Shown here one piece after another: positions 1-12,713 of a stretch of DNA of 64,000 bases. Below the pieces are notes generated by a model, which saw nothing but the letters and a program-made list of their open reading frames with translations, searched no databases and had not been told where the DNA came from. The stretch covers positions 24,552,001-24,616,000 of the forward strand of contig NC_043016.1 in the NCBI RefSeq assembly GCF_006345805.1, in the 5' to 3' direction. Numbering within the stretch: the first letter of the stretch is position 1; the number at the start of each line of letters is the position of its first letter. Source of the stretch: Octopus sinensis. Its lineage: Eukaryota. A program made the position numbers and the translations under genes.

Positions 1-737
1 TTTACGATCTATATACTTCAGTGACTAAGTAATATTTTACAAATTACATACAGTTATAATCTAATAATTAAATACATATCATCAACAACTAAATAATTAT
101 AGAATCAAATTAACAATCAGTAGTTATATAGTATACAATACACTACAATTAAACTTCTTAAAATATCTTAAAATATCTTAAATAGAAAAGGTTTACTTAG
201 CTTTCAAAAACCGTGTCATTACTTAATCACTAAGGTATATAGATTGTAAATAGTTATACAATTCTTTTAAGATAGGTTATACGTTTTTAATTTGATTTTT
301 AATCTTTAATTTTTAAATGTATTTCTTAAATATATTATATTGATATTTATTATATTTATGTAAGTAATAATGGACTAATTAATTTATTTATTTTTCATTA
401 TATGTCTATACATTTATTGATAGAGTAAATTTTAGATTTTAATTACTATATTTGTTGATTATAATTTAGATACTTATTTTTAAATATTCTATAATTATTA
501 GATGTGAACTTAAATCTAAAAATATGAATAGTGATTATTTTGTTAAATAATTTGGTAATTAAATATTGGACTATGAAGGGCATCCAGCCGTAGAAACATT
601 GCCAGATCAGACTGGGCCTGGTGCAGCCTTCTGGCTTCCCAGACCCCAGTTGAACCGTCCAACCCATGCCAGCATGGAAAGCAGATGCTAAACAATGATG
701 ATGATGATGATATGATTACAATGTTTTTGTGTTTCAG

Positions 738-898
738 AATTTGTTGATGGTCACTATAAGAGATGGATTCGGAATACAAACTTTGGCAACAACTTAAATT
801 GGAATACTGGAAGATCCCCATGTGGGGATGATAGTGTAGTGATCCCAACTGAATCTCCACCAGTTTTCATCAATATCAATACAACTATGAAAGAAATT
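738..898 (+). CDS. AMN: Amnionless exon (first exon in window; N-terminal beta-helix region), phase 1 to 0
   Basis: tttcag acceptor and gtatgt donor. Translates (E)FVDGHYKRWIRNTNFGNNLNWNTGRSPCGDDSVVIPTESPPVFININTTMKEI, matching the AMN N-terminal K-W--NT-F----NW---R-PC motif (human [22 protein letters not shown], from recall). Confidence 0.93.
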
Positions 899-1006
899 GT
901 ATGTATCTGTTGAATTTATAATATGAGTGTTTTGAATATTTATAAATTTTTTGAAGAAACTGTTACATGCAATATTGATAACACAAATCCATATAGCAGC
1001 TGGTAT

Positions 1007-1435
1007 GGCTGTGTGGTAAGTAGGAGTGGCTGTGTGGTAAGTAGCTTGCTAACCAACCACAAGGTTCTGGATTCAGTCCCACTGCGTGGCATCTTGGGCA
1101 AGTGTCTTGTCTTCTGCTATAGCCCCGGGCCGACCAATGCCTTGTGAGTGGATTTGGTAGACGGAAACTGAAAGAAGCCTGTCATATATATGTATATATA
1201 TATATATAAGTGTGTGTGTATATGTTTGTGTGTCTGTGTTTGTCCCCCTAGCATTGTTTGATAACCGATGCTGGTGTGTTTACATCCCCGTCACTTAGCG
1301 GTTCAGCAAAAGAGACCGATAGAATAAGTACTGGGCTTACAAAGAATAAGTCCCGGGGTCGATTTGCTCGATTAAAAGCGGTGCTCCAGCATGGCCGCAG
1401 TCAAATGACTGAAACAAGTAAAAGAGAGTAAAGAG
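1007..1435 (+). mobile_element. tRNA-derived SINE (family A), full length with TSD
   Basis: Head GGAGTGGCTGTGTGGTAAG with a B-box-like GGATTCAGTCC and a tail AAAAGAGAGTAAAGAG. Perfect 15-bp TSD TATAGCAGCTGGTAT at 992-1006 and 1436-1450. The first 16 nt of the head are duplicated. Confidence 0.9.
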
Positions 1436-1466
1436 TATAGCAGCTGGTATATAAATATCATCATCA

Positions 1467-2067
1467 TTATTTCATCACCACCGTCATCATCATCGTCATC
1501 ATCACCGTCATCGTCATCATCATCATCATCATCATAATCATCGTCATCATCAGCATCATCACCATCATCGTCACTGTCATCATCACCGTCATCATCACCG
1601 TCATCATCATTGTCATCATTGTCATCATCATCATCGTCGTTATCATCATCGTCACTGTCATCATCACTGTCATCATCACCGTCATCATCACCATCATCAT
1701 CATCGTCATCATCATCATTGTCGTCATCGTCATCATCATTGTCATTGTTATCATCATCGTCATCATCATCACCATCATTGTCACCATCATTACTGTCATC
1801 ATCAACGTCATCATCATCGTCATCATCATCGTCGTTATCATCATTATCATTGTCGTCGTCATCATCATCGTCATCATCATTGCCATCATCATCATCATCG
1901 CCGTCATCATCACCGTCATCATCACCATCATTGTCACCATCATTACTGTCATCATCAACGTCATCATCGTCATCATCATCATCGTCATCATCATCATCAT
2001 CGTCATCATCATCGTCATCATCATCGCCATCATCATCATCATCGCCGTCATCATCACCGTCATCATC

Positions 2068-2098
<31 letters not shown>

Positions 2099-2250
2099 TT
2101 GTCATGTCATCATCGTCATCATCATCCTCATCACCATCATCATCACCGTCATCATCGTCCTCATCATCATTATCATTATCATCATCATCGTCATCATCAC
2201 TGTCATCATCACTGTCATCATCATCGTCATCATCATCATCATTATCATTT
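1467..2250. repeat. Imperfect (CAT/CGT/CAC)n trinucleotide array, ~780 bp
   Basis: Directly visible. It produces the poly-D/M/S/H artefact ORFs. Confidence 0.95.
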
Positions 2251-2252
2251 AG

Positions 2253-2473
2253 CCCTTTAGCATTTAAACCAGCCATATCTGGCTGAAACATGCTATCAGC
2301 TTTATGTTCAAACTAGCCAGTTCTGGCCTCTCAACCCTACCCTACAATGTCATTCTAAAAATGTTTAATCACATGATTGAAATTTCAAAAGCTACAAGAT
2401 AATGCATGTTTAATTCCAAACAGTTTGAATAAATAAACATTACATTTGAAAGAATAATCTGAATGCTAAAGGA
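2253..2473. mobile_element. piggyBac-type MITE
   Basis: TIRs CCCTTTAGCATT / AATGCTAAAGGA, with TTAG on the left and TTAA on the right; 221 bp. Confidence 0.75.
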
Positions 2474-3380
2474 TTAATGTCTATTTTCCATTCTGGCATG
2501 GTTTGGATGGTTTGACAGTCTCCAATGAGTTGAAGACATGTGGCTTAGTGGTTAGGGTAAGAGTTGAAGAACCTTAGTCAAATGAATCAACCCCAGTACA
2601 GTAATCCCTCACCATATCAAAGTTCACCTATTACAGTTTATTATTTAAGCTTATGTTGATTCCACATCTGCTACTAACTTGGTCATTTAGATAATGGAAG
2701 CTATCTACTTCCTCTGGCTTACCTCAATGGCAATTGATGGAGTCTGTTTTCTGTATATTTTCGGTGTTTATTGTACCTGTGTATCATCAACACACAAAAG
2801 CTATTTTCCCTGTAAACCTTCCTTTTATATTGCTGCACCTCTTATGTGTCCATAGCTTACATCAAGTACATCTTACATCAGGTACATCTTATATCAGGTA
2901 CATCTTACATTGGGCAAATCTTACATCAGGTACATCTTATGTGTCCATAGTTTACAATGGGTACATCTACTTACACCTTTTCTACAGATTGAGCAGGGCC
3001 ATCTACTTGAAGGGATTTGTGATGTGTCTGCTTTCCTACTGGTTTTTGCTAGGTTAACTCTAAGGACCTTCGATTCTAGACCTTGCTTCTATACTTGAAA
3101 TTAAGACCTTGCTTCCATATCTTTAAAAAAAACCACTTGTGTTTAAAAAGCTGTAAACAGTAAAGATTGTCTACAGTACAAAAGCTTCCTTCCTTAAGGT
3201 CAGTGGGTCTGTGTCAAGCTGCTCTTTTAAAAGCTTTTTAATTTTTTATATAATTAATAGTTTTAATTTAAGAAAATTTTTTTCAGACATTGTGCCTCTA
3301 TGAAGATACATACATACATACATACATACATACATACATACATACGCACGCACGCACGCACGCACGCACGCACACACGCA

Positions 3381-3444
<64 letters not shown>

Positions 3445-3498
3445 TACATACATTCATAATCTAAATAATTATTATACTTTGATTTCTTCCTTCTCAAG

Positions 3499-3592
3499 GT
3501 ATTCCCCAAGAATGGAATGCTAATTCTGAATTCATTCATGGAACTAGGATTCACTTCTAACCCTAGTACAAGCTGTGCTAATTCTGGTCAAG
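3499..3592 (+). CDS. AMN: Amnionless exon, phase 0 to 1
   Basis: ttcttccttctcaag acceptor and gtaaga donor. VFPKNGMLILNSFMELGFTSNPSTSCANSGQ+G matches the AMN LP-DGEL-L....C motif. Phases fit both neighbouring exons. Confidence 0.9.
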
Positions 3593-3951
3593 GTAAGAAT
3601 TTTGCATTTTCTGAATTGTGAAAAGAAAGGCTACCCTTTGAATTTAATGCCTTTTTATTAATGTCCATCTCTTTACTTACCTGCCTTTGTTATCAATTAA
3701 GTACATGCTTGATTATGCAACTAAGAGTTTGTTTTAGAATCTCTTTTATTCTGGTTTAAATACCTCCCATCCATAGGTATCACTCACTAGTTGCATGTCG
3801 TCTACTTTTGCTTTTTGTTCACAAGCAGAAATCAACTTCCTGTCAGTCCTCCTACTCTTCCACTCAATAGAACACAGAATGTGACAGCTAGAAGGAGAAA
3901 GGACTGCACTGGAATGTGGCTTGTTCTTATTTTTAGCTAAATTGTCTAGAG

Positions 3952-4285
3952 CAAGCCTTGCCAACTTAAATTGCATTGCAGGCCACTTTAATCACAGAAA
4001 GTTTTTTTGAGGGCCACTTGTATACTTTATGCACAAATAGTCAAATAATCAAATTACAGAATCAAGAATTTTTCATACTTTTCATTCTTTTAAAATTATA
4101 AAATTGTAGGCTATTACTTTATTGCCACTTATATTATTGCCACTTTTCATTACAATATTTAAATTTTGATAAAATTTTTTAAATGTTTGTTTAAATAAGC
4201 CCATTTCAAGACAGTATCAAGCAGGCCATAAGATAAAAGTCTATGGGCCGCATGCAGCCAGCGGGCCTCAGGTTGGCCAGCCTTG
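3952..4285. mobile_element. hAT (Charlie-like) MITE
   Basis: TIRs CAAGCCTTGCCAACTT / AGGTTGGCCAGCCTTG. 8-bp TSD GTCTAGAG / GCCTAGAG fits the NTCTAGAN target preference. Confidence 0.8.
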
Positions 4286-4469
4286 GCCTAGAGCAACATG
4301 AAATAAACATCTTTGCTCAAGGACATAATACACAATGCAGGTATTAAACTGACAGCCTTATGACAATGAACACAATATCTTAACCATCAGACCTCATAGC
4401 TTCACATTGTTTTAACTCCACTGCACAGAAACATAAGCAAATACTACTGACACTAGTTGGTTACATCAA

Positions 4470-4770
4470 TAAGGGTTCCAGTTGATTTAATCAATGAAAC
4501 AGCTTGCTCATGAAATTAATGCGCATGTGGCTGAGCACTCCATAGATGTGTGTACCTTTAATGTAGTTCATGAGAAGATTCAACATGACATGGAATGCAT
4601 CAAGGCTAGCCCTTTCAAATACAGGTGCTACTCACTTTTACAAGCTGAGTGGACTGGAGTAACATGAAATAAAGTGTCTTGCTTACGGGCACAATACACA
4701 GCCAGGAATTGAACCCAAGACCTTACAGCCATGAACCAAATACCCTAACCATTAAGCCATGCACCTTCAC
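4470..4770 (-). mobile_element. tRNA-derived SINE (family E)
   Basis: Second copy at ~19110-19410 shares GAGTGGACTGGAG...GAAATAAAGTGTCTTGCT...AGGAATTGAAC. Confidence 0.75.
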
Positions 4771-6304
4771 CTAAGCAAATATCTATTAGCAAATCCTTAA
4801 GTCATCCAAAGTTTTGTGAATGTCAGGTGAAAACTGAAACTACTTAGAAGCCTAACAGAATGAAACATACATTTTTCAGGGTGGTAGACTTAATCTATCA
4901 GCCAGTTTAATACCCACATCTGATCCTTGGGTGGCTTTAGCAGAGCCCATTCTCTTGTAAGTTTTCAGATGAAATGGTCATTTTGAGGATAGCACAGTTT
5001 CTGGGTGAGTTGCTTTCTGTTTGAAGACTTCTTGTGCTGTGGATTCTCATTCTTTTTTGCTCCACTAATTTAGCAGGTTGTACAAAAACAGGTTAATTCT
5101 GAGACTGAACCATGGCAATAATAGAAATGGCAAAGTAGACATTATCACAACATGGCATTTATGCTGTTCCTCTACATTTAGCTCTAGTTATATACATTCC
5201 AGCACATTGAGGATATTGATGTGATGATGTATTGATGTTGTCCCTCAGAGAGTCGAAGGACAACATCTAAGAGCCTATATCTTTACAGAACCTCTAAGTC
5301 GGGAGATAGTAATCCTCAAATGAGAAACCTGGCTCAAATGTCTACAACATAATGGACTCTGCTAAGGGCTTTCAAGGACCAGGTGGTGGTTCCTTCTTGA
5401 GCCATGCCTGGCTCATAAGGGCCAGTTTCCCGGTTTCCTTGGCGTATAGGTTGCCCACCTGGACGTGATGCCGGTCCGTCGCAAGTGAACTGCAAGATGC
5501 AGGAGGAAAGAGTGAGAGAAAGTTTTAGCGAAAGAGTCAGCAGAAGTTCGTCATTACCTTCTGCCAGAGCTGCATGGAGTTTAGGTGTTTCGCTCATAAA
5601 CACACACATGGCCCGGTCTGAGATTCAAACCTGCAATCCCTCAACTGCGAGTTTGCTGCTTTAACCTCTAGGCCATGTGCCTCCACCAGGTGGTGGTGCT
5701 ACACCAGGAGATAGATTAAGTATATCATCCAAGAACTCAGAACACAAATGGTCTCAATAACTACCACAAAGTATTTTACACAACATCCCTAACAATTCCT
5801 CTAATGCTCTACTCTGGGGTATAGAGTAACATTGGCTTCATTGGGATTTGAACACAGAATGCGGAGAGCCTGAACAAATAATAATTTCAAATTTTGGCAC
5901 AAGGCCAGCAATTTCGGGGTAGTGGGTAAGTTGATTACATCAACCCCCAATGTTCAACTGGTACTTATTTTATTGACCCTGAAAGAATGAAAGGCAAAAT
6001 CAACCTCTGCAGAATTTGAAATCCTAAACAAATAATGCAAGGCATTTTGTCTACACTCCAACAACCCCGCTGATTCAGAGATCTAATGTACTGATCATGT
6101 CCCATTGTTGTTGGTTCTTTGTGTAAATAAATGTGGTATTGCTTGTGACTGCTCTAATTATGTTTGTGGGTCGGGTTTTATTTTCTTATCTGTGTTTGAA
6201 GGTGGTGTATGTAACTTCAAGCATTTTTTTGTCTTTTCTCTGTGTGTATATGTATGTGTATATGTATATGTGTGTGTGTTTGTGTGTGTGTGTGTGTTTG
6301 TGTA

Positions 6305-6349
<45 letters not shown>

Positions 6350-6376
6350 ATGCGTATGTGTGTGTGTGTGTGCCTG

Positions 6377-6422
<46 letters not shown>

Positions 6423-6517
6423 GTGCCATGTTTATGTTGAGTGTGAAGGTTGATGATAATTTATCCTCTGCCACTCCTGTCATGCCACTGCCACTGCCAC
6501 TGTTGCTGCTGCTGCTG

Positions 6518-6549
<32 letters not shown>

Positions 6550-6934
6550 GGTGGGAAGTGAGAAGGTTGGGAACTCCTAGCCTTCCTTTCATGTAAACTT
6601 CAGGTGTGATTAAATATCAGCATTTCAAAGCCAGAGAACAGAAAAAGCTCTAAAAATTTTAGTGGAGACAAAATCCAGGAACTAGATGAAAAAGTTGATG
6701 TACATGGCATGAGAAGATTCTGAGAGATCAGGAAGTCAGTTTGTGAACCCAATCACAGCAGATGAATATCCCCTTTTTTAATGCGACCTAGAATGTGGGG
6801 AAAAGCAAAAAACAAAAGAGAGTAAAATTTAACCATGTTGAAAAATTTTAAATTAAAAAATCCCTGTAAATCATTAAAGACTACACTAAATGTATGGGGA
6901 AATATGAAATGAACATTTTTTTTATTCTCTTATT

Positions 6935-7375
6935 CTTTTACTTGTTTCAGTCATTTGACCGCAGGCCATGCTGGAGCACCGCCTTTAGTCAAACAAATCG
7001 ACCCCAGGACTTATTCTTTGTTAGCCTAGTACTTATTCTATCGGTCTCTTTTACCAAACTGCTAAGTTACATGGACGTAAACACACCAGCATTGGTTGTC
7101 AAGCGATGTTGGGGGGACAAACACACACACGCACACACACATGCATGCACACACACGCGCACACACACATGCACGCACACACACACACACACACATGCAC
7201 ACACACATATATATACAATGGGTTTCTTTCAGTTTCCGTCTACCAAATTCACAAGGCTTTGGTCGACCCGAGGCTATAGTAGAAGACACTGCCCAAGGTG
7301 CCACACCCAGGCTGAACCCAGAACCATGCGGTTGGTAAGCAAGCCACTTACCACACAGCCACTCCTATGCCTATA
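6935..7375 (-). mobile_element. SINE family A copy
   Basis: Reverse complement of the 1007-1435 element along its length. Boundaries approximate. Confidence 0.88.
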
Positions 7376-8014
7376 AATAGTATTCAATAGTATTCAGTAA
7401 GTAGTTTATGCTTATTCAGCTATTATATATATACTTGCATTTTCATTGTTAATATCAACCATCTTGAAAGATGGCAAGCTGGTGGAATTGTTAGCACACC
7501 AGGCAAAATGCTTATAAGTATTTCATCTGTCTTTACGTTCTGAGTTCAAATTCTGTCACGGTCAACTTTGCCTTTCATCCTTTTGAGATCGATAAAATAA
7601 GTACCAGTTAAGTATTGGAGTCGATGTAATCAAAATTATTAACCTTGTGACAAAATTTGAAATCATTATCTACCATCTTGAAAATATGGAAACTATATGA
7701 GCAGTCATTAGTTTTTGCAGGAATCAATTCAAATTCTCTGGTGCCATGATAAAATGCACCAACTACACTCTGTAAAGGGGTTTGGGAATAGGCAGAGACA
7801 ACATATGATCAAGAGGAGTGTTTAGTCATACAAGGAACAACAAACTTCTCTAGTGTTGGTACCATGATAAAATGCTCTTTATACAATCTGTAAAGCGGTT
7901 GGTAGTAGGAAAAGCACTCAGAAATATAATCCATGCTAAAAATAGAACATATAAGCAAATTATGGTCTCCAACCTATCTTGGATGATAATAACTTTAAAT
8001 AAGAATCAAATCTG

Positions 8015-8499
8015 GGAAAGACTTCCTCCTGTCCCCCCACTACCACCATTTTCTCACAAATTATTGTTTACTTTTTTTTTTTTTTTTTTTTCCAAAAACC
8101 TACATTTTCAGATATGGAGATTCTGGAAAATTGCCAAAAATCAGAATTTTAAAATTTCTGACCCTCACCCCCTTATCTCTCCCCCAATTTCTTCACCTTT
8201 CATTTTAACCTAAAATCCCAACCCTTACCCTAATCTTAACCCTAAAACCCTAAAACTCTTGGAAATTGTTTTCAGAATCATAATCTCCATATTTTTCCAC
8301 ATATTTGAAAAAAAAAAACTTCTGAAAAAAGTTTAAAATGAAGAATTTAGGGAGTGGGGAGAGGTAATTTGAAAATGCCAATTTTTGCCAATTCTTTGGC
8401 AGATTCTTCTTCTCTGTAGCCGAAAACAGGGGTTCGTATAGAAAAAAGAAATTAAATTAAAAAAGGGGGTGTGGGGGGAGCACAAAAGGAAGTCTTGCC
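8015..8499. mobile_element. Merlin-like MITE with long nested imperfect TIRs
   Basis: Ends GGAAAGACTTCCT / AGGAAGTCTTGCC. Perfect 8-bp TSD CAAATCTG (8007-14 and 8500-07). Internal CCCTAA-like repeats. Confidence 0.8.
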
Positions 8500-8830
8500 C
8501 AAATCTGAACAGTGACCATCTGTTTAATCAATGCCAACAGGGAAAACAGTTATGGAAAAAGATGATTAGGGTGTGTTAAGGTGCATCAGTGGAACAGGTA
8601 TAGACTTGTTTTGGCTTACCTCTAAAACAAGACCTAGCCTGACATTTGTTTAAGATATTTTCACTTTATCATTTAAAAGAGAAAAACAAACATTATTACT
8701 TAATTATATAGAGAGAAAAGGAAACTTACCCAAGATGCCATGCAACAGAATTGAAATTGTGACCTCATGATAGCAAAGGAAACTTCTCAACCATTCAGCC
8801 ATACTGTACCTACACAGTTGTGCACATACA

Positions 8831-9150
8831 AGGAAGGCCGTCTTGGCTTTAGGAAGATCATCTTGGCTTTAAGAAAGTCATCTTGGCTTTAAGCAGGTCA
8901 TCTTGGCTTTAAGAAGGTCATCTTGGCTTTAAGAAGGTCATTTTGGCTTTAGGAAGGCCATCTTGGCTTTAGGAAGGCCATCTTGGCTTTAGGAAGATGA
9001 TCTTGGCTTTAAGAAGGTCATCTTAGCTTTAAGAAGGTCATCTTGGCTTTAAGTAGGTCATCTTGGCTTTAGGAAGGTCATCTTAGTTTTAGGAAGGTCA
9101 TATTGGTTTTAAGAAGGACATCTTGATGTTAAGAGAGGCATTTTGAAATT
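8831..9150. repeat. 20-bp minisatellite, consensus A(G/A)GAAGGTCATCTTGGCTTT, ~15-16 units
   Basis: Exact 20-bp period from 8831, degenerating after ~9110. Confidence 0.95.
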
Positions 9151-9864
9151 AGGAAAATATTTTGCATTAAGAAATGCATCCAGCCATCCAAAGAATGCCA
9201 AAGCAAACATTCAAGCTTCAATGACTGCTTTGGTATTCTTTGGTATTCACTGGTTCATCAGAACTTGTCAAATTGTCCAACCTATGCCATCACAGAAGAA
9301 GGACAGTAAATGCTGTTGTGGCTGTGTGGTGAGAAATTTGCTTCCCAACCACATGGTTCTGGATTCAGTCCCACCATGTAACATTTCAGGAAAATATCTT
9401 CTATTATAGCTCCAAACCAACCAAAGTTTTGTGAGTGGATTTGGTAGATGGAAACTGAAAGAAGCTGATAATGTGTGTGATTGTGTATGTGTGTGTGTGT
9501 GTTTATGTGTGTGTGAATGTATCTATGTATCTACGTGCATGTGTCTTTATCCCCCACCACCACTTGACAACTGGTTTTGATTTGTCTACATTTCCATAAC
9601 TTAGCACTTAGAATAAGCACCAGACGTTTTACAACAAAATAAGTAATGGGGTTGATTTGTTTGACTAAACACTTCAAGGTAGTGCCCCAGCATGGCTGCA
9701 GTCTAATAACTAAAACAAGTAAAAGATAAAAGAAAAAGATACATAAGTGTGTATGTGTGCATGCATACCTGTAGTCAAATATAAACATAAGTTGAGATAA
9801 GCTTTTTTCCAGTGTCAGCCGAGCTCATGTCTGACTAAACAGCATCACCTGGTGAAGTCTTTTA

Positions 9865-10270
9865 TTCTTTTATTCTTTTACTTGTTTCAGTCATTTGACT
9901 GTGGCCATGCTGGAGCACCGCCTTCAGTCAAGTAAATCGACCCCAGGACTTATTCTTTGTAAGCCTAGTACTTATTCTATCGGTCTCTTTTGCCAAACCG
10001 CTAAGTTACAGGGACGTAAACACACCAGCATCGGTTGTCAAGCAATGTTGGGGGGGACAAACACAGACACACAAACATATACACACACATGCATATATAT
10101 ATATACGACGGGCTTCTTTCAGTTTCCGTCTCCCAAATCCACTCACAAGGCTTTGGTTGGCCCAAGGCTATAGTAGAAGACACTTGCCCAAGGTGCCACG
10201 CAGTGGGACTGAACCCAGAACCATGTGGTTGGTAAGCAAGCTACTTAACACATAGCCACTCCTATGCCTA
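9865..10270 (-). mobile_element. SINE family A copy
   Basis: Reverse-complement match to 1007-1435. A diverged + strand relative lies at ~9310-9730. Confidence 0.88.
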
Positions 10271-10482
10271 TAGTCTAGCAAGTTACATATAAGTCTACCA
10301 AGTTACATTTCAAAACACATATTAAGAATTGTTGGTTGGAACATACCCAGGTATCAGCAATTTATCTGGTATTTCTTGGAGGACTATACCATGCTACTGT
10401 TTGAAGATTATGAGATTCTTACCTTCATTGATATGATTTGTGGAATGATGCCACATAAAAGTAATTATTCTTTATTATTCAG

Positions 10483-10706
10483 AGGTAGAATTCAATGCCA
10501 CCTATGGAAGAGAATGGGTAGATCCTGCAAATTGGTGTGTTGCAAAATCAAGATCAGACAATTGTGATGCTGACTATCATTCTTTGGATTCAGAAAAGGT
10601 TCCATGTCCAACTGATGATGTGGTTTTCCCACCAGGAAACAGCTACTATATTGACCTCAGCACGGATATGGACCTTACTGTGAATTCTATTTATTTCATG
10701 GGACTG
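10483..10706 (+). CDS. AMN: Amnionless exon, phase 1 to 0
   Basis: tttattattcag acceptor and gtaagt donor. (E)VEFNATYGREWVDPANWCVAKSRSDNCDADYHSLDSEKVPCPTDDVVFPPGNSYYIDLSTDMDLTVNSIYFMGL contains the AMN hallmarks W-DP--W and D-E-VPC--DDV-FP. Confidence 0.96.
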
Positions 10707-10752
10707 GTAAGTTGCAAACATTGTATAGTTCAGTTCATATTCAGTTATATTT

Positions 10753-11215
10753 TTGTTGTTGTTGGTGGTGGTGGTGGTGGTAGTGGTGGTGGTAGTAGTG
10801 GCGGTGGCAGTGGTGGCAGCAATGGTGGTGGTGGTGGTGGCGGCGGAGGCAGCGGTGGTGGTGGTGGTGGTGCTGGTGCTGGTGGTGGCAGTGGTGGTGG
10901 TGGTGGTAGTAGCAATGGTGGTTGTATTTACAGTGATAGCAGTGATGATTATAGTAGTGGTGATGGTAGTGTTTGTAGTGATGGTACTAGCAGTGATTGC
11001 CATAGTGGTTGTAGTGATGTCAGTGGTGGTGTTTGTGGTGTTGGTGGTGGGTGTATTCATGGAGTTGATGCTGGAGTTAATGGTGGTGGTGGTTGTAGTG
11101 GTAATGATTAGTGGGGGTTAGCAGTGTTGCACGTTGTTGACTGTTGTGACTGTAGCAGAAGTGGTAAGCTCAGCAGAAGCAGTAGTGGAAGCAGCAGTAG
11201 TGGCCTAGTTATGGT
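10753..11215. repeat. (GGT/GGC/GTA)n-type low-complexity array directly after an AMN exon
   Basis: Directly visible. Confidence 0.9.
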
Positions 11216-11329
11216 AGTATTTAACCCCAGGTTAACCTTCATTTAACAAATCTAAAATTTAAAATGTTACAATAGGGAGCAGTCCATCTTTTATTATAGA
11301 CTGTGTGTGTGTGTATCTATCTATCAATA

Positions 11330-11971
11330 CATGGTCTAATCAATAAGTATCCAGACTGTTGCCATAGTAACAAAGCTAAAGCACACAAAGTAAAGCCGCT
11401 TGGCACAGATTGACCTTGAATTGTGTTGTGCATGTGCACTAGGTTTTAACATTCTGGCTCACTTCCACTGTTTTCAGCAGTGCTTAGAAGGAACGTGTGG
11501 CATGTGATCACATTGACCATGTCAGAGAAAGCTGAGCAAAGAATCTGCATTAAATTTTGTCGAGAGCTTGGCAATACCTGCTCAGAGGCCTATGCAAAGT
11601 TTTCAAAATGATTTCATCATTCTTGACACAATCAAGGAAATCTTGTGCAACTGAAACCTGAGTGTGTTTTTGGTCAGCTGAAAGCAGTTATGGTACAAAC
11701 TTAGCGCAGACACACATCTCATACCCAAATCTTCAGTGATAATGGACTGAACTGAACCATAACTAATCTGCACATCCTCTGATAACTCAACTGATGGTGA
11801 TTCAACAATTTCCTGTCACAGTTGCAATGTTTTTCTCAGTTCTGGTTATGGGTCTCTCAGAGCATTCACCACTATCAACATGAGTTCAAAATTAATCTGT
11901 GCCATGCAGCTTCACTCTGTGTGCTTTAGCTTTGTTACTATGGCAACTGTCCAGATACTTATTGATCGGAC

Positions 11972-11975
<4 letters not shown>
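11330..11975. mobile_element. Mariner-derived non-autonomous element with internally inverted transposase fragment
   Basis: TA TSD and long TIRs (…TCAATAAGTATCCAGACTGTTGCCATAGTAACAAAGCTAAAGCACACA). The + strand gives MSEKAEQRICIKFCRELG from 11518. The - strand gives ..ISYGSVQSIITEDLGMR..SAKFVP..LSADQK at ~11610-11850. Confidence 0.85.
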
Positions 11976-12010
<35 letters not shown>

Positions 12011-12514
12011 AACTGTGCAGTATGCAAAAAATCTATAAGATTGTGTAATACATTGTGTGACTCCCAACTCATCAGGCTCATCAAATATACAAATAAGTAG
12101 TGACATGCTGATGAATCAGCAGTTCAGATGAGTTGAAAGTTGTATAACATACTGCATGATCTTATAGTTTATAGATGTGGTGCATATTGTGTAACTGGCT
12201 GTACCATGTTTGCATCAGAATAAAGATTCTTGTTGAAGCAACCATAGAATTACCAAATAACTCATTCGTCTCCTTTTATCATATATATACATACATATAA
12301 TATATATATATATCCCTCTCTCTCTTTTGGAGAGGCACTGAGCAGCTATACGCACACATACACACACGGCAGTAACTTCCACCTACCGAATTCAATCACA
12401 AAGCTCCGGTCAGCTCGGGGCTATAGTGAACGACACCTACCCAAAGTGCCACGCAGTGGGACTGAACCCGAAACCATATAGCTAGGAAGCAAGCTCCTAA
12501 CCACACAGCCATGC

Positions 12515-12549
<35 letters not shown>

Positions 12550-12713
12550 AGAGAGAGAGACCAATATATTGCTTGCATGTCCTTTCTCTCTTCCTCTTTC
12601 ATTTCCTCTTTTTTAAAAGAAAATTAAATATTAACAATGGAGGCAGTATTATTTACTGAATGGCAAACTTTATACCCTACTAAACATATATCTGTTATAG
12701 AAGCATCATTTTA

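Noticed and set aside
1-560. Possible mitochondrial insertion (very AT-rich)
   Set aside because: I could not recognise any mitochondrial ORF, tRNA or rRNA motif; it would need a BLAST against octopus mtDNA.
1467-2291. 274-aa poly-Asp/Met and 216-aa poly-Ser/His ORFs
   Set aside because: They are translations of a (CAT)n array, with no domain and no splice context.
8831-9150. CRISPR-like regular repeat
   Set aside because: Units are contiguous with no unique spacers, there are no cas genes, and the context is eukaryotic.
10707-11111. Gly/Ser-rich extension of the MDSEKVPC ORF
   Set aside because: This is read-through past the GTAAGT donor at 10707 into a GGT repeat. The next AMN exon at 18899 fits the phase.
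12060-12145. Possible Penelope-type hammerhead ribozyme (CTGATGA motifs on both strands)
   Set aside because: No properly placed GAAA or intact stems II and III could be built.
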